Assembly (NCBI GenBank): GCA_014762505.1
Contig: JABURS010000019.1
Location: forward strand, 12,919-76,918
Reading direction: 5' to 3'
Length of the DNA stretch: 64,000 nt
Origin: Chromatiales bacterium
GTDB lineage: Bacteria; Pseudomonadota; Gammaproteobacteria; SpSt-1174
The translations under genes were made by a program, and so were the position numbers. This document shows positions 60,726-64,000 of the stretch, piece after piece. The notes under the pieces were generated by a model. It saw nothing but the letters and a program-made list of their open reading frames with translations. It had not been told where the DNA came from and did not search any database. Each line of letters starts with the position of its first letter. The stretch's first letter is position 1.

Positions 60726-63700
60726 TCAGGCGCCTTCAAGGTCGACGCGTACCTGGCGGCCGGCATGGGTGAAGAGCAGACGGGCGTCGATGGCCTTCTC
60801 CGGCCACAGGCGGCGCAGGCCGTCGGCGTAGAGCCGCAGCTGTGGTGCGTAGTGCGCGGCCAGGGCGTCGCACTGCCCGGCGTCGACGCGGTGGGTCTTG
60901 TAGTCGACGACCACCACGCGGTCGTCGCCGATGAGCAGGCGGTCGATGAGGCCGTAGACGCGCCGGCCGTCGCGGGCGTAGAGGATGGGCAGCTCGTTGC
61001 GGGCCTCGATGCCCGCGGCGGGGCGGAAGACATCGGCGAAGGCCGGGTGGTCGAGCGCCGCCCGGGCCTCGCCGATCCAGGCCTCGAGTTCCTCGCGGCG
61101 TGCGGCCAGGGCGAGCTCGGCAGCGATGCGTGCGGCCAGCGTGCCGGCGTCGGGCGGGGCTGGGCCAGTGAGCAGTTCCAGGGCGCGGTGGATGGCCACG
61201 CCGCGGGCGAGGCCGTCCTCGTCCTCGGCCTCGACGAGCCCGCCGGTGCCGACCTGGCGGCTGGGCGCGATCTCGGCGGTGGTGGGCGGGGTGGCCAGTC
61301 GCCGGTCGAGGCCGGCCGGGACGGCGGGGCCCTCGGCGGCGGCCACGGGTGCGGCGGGGACCGGCGGCTCGCCGTGCTCCAGCACCCAGATGCCCTCCTC
61401 GTCGCGTGCGCCGAGGCCGTCGATGGCCTGCTCGATGGCGGCGTACCAGTGCGTCTCCCCGCCCTTGCCGCGCGCGTGGCCGCTCACGATCAGCAGCTGC
61501 CGGGCGCGGGTGAGGGCGACGTAGAGCAGGTTCGCGTCCTCGCGGGCGTCGCGCAGCTGTTTCTCGTCCAGCAGGGCGCGGACGGGCTCGGGCAGGTCGT
61601 CCTTGCGTCCCGGCAGGAGGAAGCGCGCCGGACGCTCGGCGTCGGCCGGCCAGTCGACCAGTGCCGCGTAGGTGCTGCGGCCGTTGGCCGTGGCCGTGCT
61701 GTCGGCCAGGATCACCACGGGGGCCTCCAGGCCCTTGGAGCCGTGCACGGTCATGATGCGCACGCGGGCATCAACGCCCTGGGCAGGCGGGGTGTCCGGG
61801 GCCTCGTTGGCGCCGGCGCGCAGCTGGCGCAGCCGGTCGAGGAACTTGATCAGGCTCGGGTAGCGCCCGGCATCCACCTCCAGGGCGAGTTCCAGGAAGC
61901 GGGAGAGGTTGGCCATGACCACGGGCCGCTGGTCCTCGGGCGTGGCGGCGCGATAGCGCGCCAGCACATCGCCCTCGGTATAGATGTGGTCCAGCAGGTC
62001 GTGGATGGGCAGGGCCCCGGCCAGGGGCTGCCAGGCCGCGAGACGGGTCTGTGCCGCACGGATCGCCGGCGAGGCGCCCGGGCCCTGCGCGAGCGTGGCC
62101 AGCCGGTCCAGCCAGTAGCGGCCCTCGGTGGTGGCCAGGGCGATGAGGTCGTCGTCGCTGGCGGCAAACAGCGGCGACTTCAGCACCTGCGCGAGGCGCA
62201 GGTTGTCGAAGGGCGTGACCAGCAGCTCCAGCAGGGCCAGCAGGTCCGGGATCTCCAGGGCCTCGAGCAGCCCGCCGCGTTCGCTGCCCAGGTAGGGGAT
62301 GCCGGCCTCGCGCAGGGCGCGTTCCAGCTGGGCGCTGGCGGTGCGGTTGCGCAGCAGGATGAGGATGTCATCGAGGCGCAGCGGGCGGGCCTCCGCGCCG
62401 TGGCCCACCGGCAGGCCGCTGTCGAGCAGTGCGCGGATGCGCCGGGCGATGGCCTGGCCCTCGCGATAGGCGGTGTCGTCCTCGTACACGGGGCGCGGCT
62501 GTTCCAGCGGGTTGCGCAGCACCGGCGGGGACTCGCTCTCGGCGGGCTCGGGCCTGTCCATCCTCGGCACCAGCGGCAGCACCTCGACGCGGCCCCAGAG
62601 GTCGTGGTGATGGGTGTCGTGGGTCTGGAACCCGGCAAGCTGCGCGCCGAGCGGGGTGGCGTCGAACAGCCGGTTGACGAAGGCCATCACGGCCGGCGAG
62701 GAGCGCCAGGACTTGCTGAGCGGGACCTGGCGGCCGGCCAGGCGTTCTTCCAGCCAGCGCGAGGCCTCGGCCTGCAGCTCGGGCTGGGCGCGGCGAAAGC
62801 CGTAGATCGACTGCTTGGGGTCGCCCACCAGGAACACGCTGCGCGCCCGCTCCGGGTCGCCGGCGGCGATCTCCTCCAGCAGCGGCAGCAGCAGGCGCCA
62901 CTGGGTGGGGTTGGTGTCCTGGAATTCGTCGATCAGCAGGTGATCGATGCGCTGGTCCAGCTTGTACTGCACCCAGGCGGCGTTGTCCGAGTGGTTGAGC
63001 AGGCGATAGGCCCGCCACTCCAGGTCGGCGAAGTCCAGCATGCGGCGCTCGCGCTTGATGCGCTGGTAGTGATCGAGATAGCACTGGCCGGCCCGGTACC
63101 AGGCGAGGTTCACGGCCAGGGCCTGCTGGCGGGCCAGGGCCTCGCGGCAGCGGGCGAGGTCGGCGCAGAATTCGGCGTGCAGGACGAGGAAGCGGTCCTC
63201 GCCGTCGGCCCCCATCTTTTTCGCCTGCGTGGCGCTGGGCTTGCGCACCCGCGGCTCGCCCCGGGCGGTGAGAAAGACGTTGCTGAGCGCCGCGTAGCGG
63301 TCCGCGCGCGAGCGCTCCTCGTGCAGCACCGTGGCGATGGTCTCGACGAACCCGAGGTTGGTCTGGGTGGGGTGTTTCTCCAGCAGCGCGCGGAATTCCG
63401 TCAGGCGCTGCAGGCCGGGCCCGTCGAGCAGTTCGGCCACGGGGTCGGCCTGCGGATCGGTATCGAGGAAGGCGCGCAGGCGGGCGTCGGCGAAGGCCAG
63501 CGGGTCGGCGGCGGTCTCGGTATAGGCCCACCAGTCGGCGCGGTAGGCGAGGAAGCTCTCCAGCGCGCCGCGCGTGTTGTCGATGCCGTTGAGCGCGTCG
63601 AACAGGACCTCCAGCCCCCGGGCGACCGGCGTCTCGGGGTCGCGGGTGGCGTCGGCGATCATGGCCTCGAAGGCCGCATCCCGCAGCTCGCCGGTGGTCT

Positions 63701-63998
63701 CGGCCAGCTCGAAGCCCGGTGGCACGTCGGCCTCCAGCGGGAAGCGGCGCAGCAGTTCCTGGCACAGGGCGTGGAAGGTGGTGGTGCGCACACCGCGTTC
63801 GGCATGCAGCAGCTGTTCGTAGAGGTGGCGGGCACGCCGGCGCGTGGCCGCGTCGGTGGCCTCGCCGATCCTGCCCAGGGCGGCGGCGAGCTGGTCGTCG
63901 TCCATGCCCGCCCAGCCCCGTACCCGGGCGAGCAGGCGTTCCTGCATCTCGCCGGCGGCCTTGCGGGTGAAGGTCACGGCCAGGATGCCGTCCGGGCG
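60726..63998 (-). CDS. AddA/RecB-like UvrD helicase-nuclease, 5' end outside the window
   Basis: TFTRKAA, LIDEFQDT, VGDPKQSIY, MTVHGSKGLE, YVALTRA, C-terminal PD-(D/E)xK (GLIDRL...VDYKT). Confidence 0.9.
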   Translation of the reverse strand, partial: RPDGILAVTFTRKAAGEMQERLLARVRGWAGMDDDQLAAALGRIGEATDAATRRRARHLYEQLLHAERGVRTTTFHALCQELLRRFPLEADVPPGFELAETTGELRDAAFEAMIADATRDPETPVARGLEVLFDALNGIDNTRGALESFLAYRADWWAYTETAADPLAFADARLRAFLDTDPQADPVAELLDGPGLQRLTEFRALLEKHPTQTNLGFVETIATVLHEERSRADRYAALSNVFLTARGEPRVRKPSATQAKKMGADGEDRFLVLHAEFCADLARCREALARQQALAVNLAWYRAGQCYLDHYQRIKRERRMLDFADLEWRAYRLLNHSDNAAWVQYKLDQRIDHLLIDEFQDTNPTQWRLLLPLLEEIAAGDPERARSVFLVGDPKQSIYGFRRAQPELQAEASRWLEERLAGRQVPLSKSWRSSPAVMAFVNRLFDATPLGAQLAGFQTHDTHHHDLWGRVEVLPLVPRMDRPEPAESESPPVLRNPLEQPRPVYEDDTAYREGQAIARRIRALLDSGLPVGHGAEARPLRLDDILILLRNRTASAQLERALREAGIPYLGSERGGLLEALEIPDLLALLELLVTPFDNLRLAQVLKSPLFAASDDDLIALATTEGRYWLDRLATLAQGPGASPAIRAAQTRLAAWQPLAGALPIHDLLDHIYTEGDVLARYRAATPEDQRPVVMANLSRFLELALEVDAGRYPSLIKFLDRLRQLRAGANEAPDTPPAQGVDARVRIMTVHGSKGLEAPVVILADSTATANGRSTYAALVDWPADAERPARFLLPGRKDDLPEPVRALLDEKQLRDAREDANLLYVALTRARQLLIVSGHARGKGGETHWYAAIEQAIDGLGARDEEGIWVLEHGEPPVPAAPVAAAEGPAVPAGLDRRLATPPTTAEIAPSRQVGTGGLVEAEDEDGLARGVAIHRALELLTGPAPPDAGTLAARIAAELALAARREELEAWIGEARAALDHPAFADVFRPAAGIEARNELPILYARDGRRVYGLIDRLLIGDDRVVVVDYKTHRVDAGQCDALAAHYAPQLRLYADGLRRLWPEKAIDARLLFTHAGRQVRVDLEGA

Positions 63999-64000
63999 GG

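Overview
GC-rich chromosomal segment of a sulfur-oxidising Gammaproteobacterium (inferred from gene content and ilvIHC-pssA / valS-holC-pepA / xerD-dsbC synteny). It opens with the 3' end of an sHdr sulfur-oxidation cluster: hdrB C-terminus, lbpA1, dsrE-family sulfurtransferase, lbpA2, and the lipS1-sLpl(AB)-lipT-lipS2 lipoate assembly genes. Directly after this lies an uncharacterised divergent unit: a small beta-rich protein opposite a hypothetical protein, a CbbQ/NorQ AAA+ ATPase, a CbbO-like VWA protein, an HDAC-family deacylase, an aldo/keto reductase and an Smr-less MutS2. Next come ilvIHC, a degenerate psd, pssA, leuA with an unannotated Leu-rich leader peptide, a family-4 UDG carrying a DNA Pol III psi-like N-terminal peptide, rimI and prfC. 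The middle holds norCBQD, a group 3b [NiFe] hydrogenase operon, valS with a 51-bp in-frame GGA-rich insertion, holC, pepA, RDD, three DUF2173-like paralogs and a histone H1-like protein. The last part holds moeA-mobB-mobA, nfeD-stomatin-xerD-dsbC, a frameshifted PQQ sugar dehydrogenase, an AT-rich islet encoding an ABC-ATPase/TOPRIM (OLD-like) nuclease, recQ, pyrC, cnoX/ybbN and a 5'-truncated AddA-like helicase-nuclease. No rRNA, tRNA, CRISPR array or transposase was recognised. All calls come from motif recognition by eye; no database searches were run.
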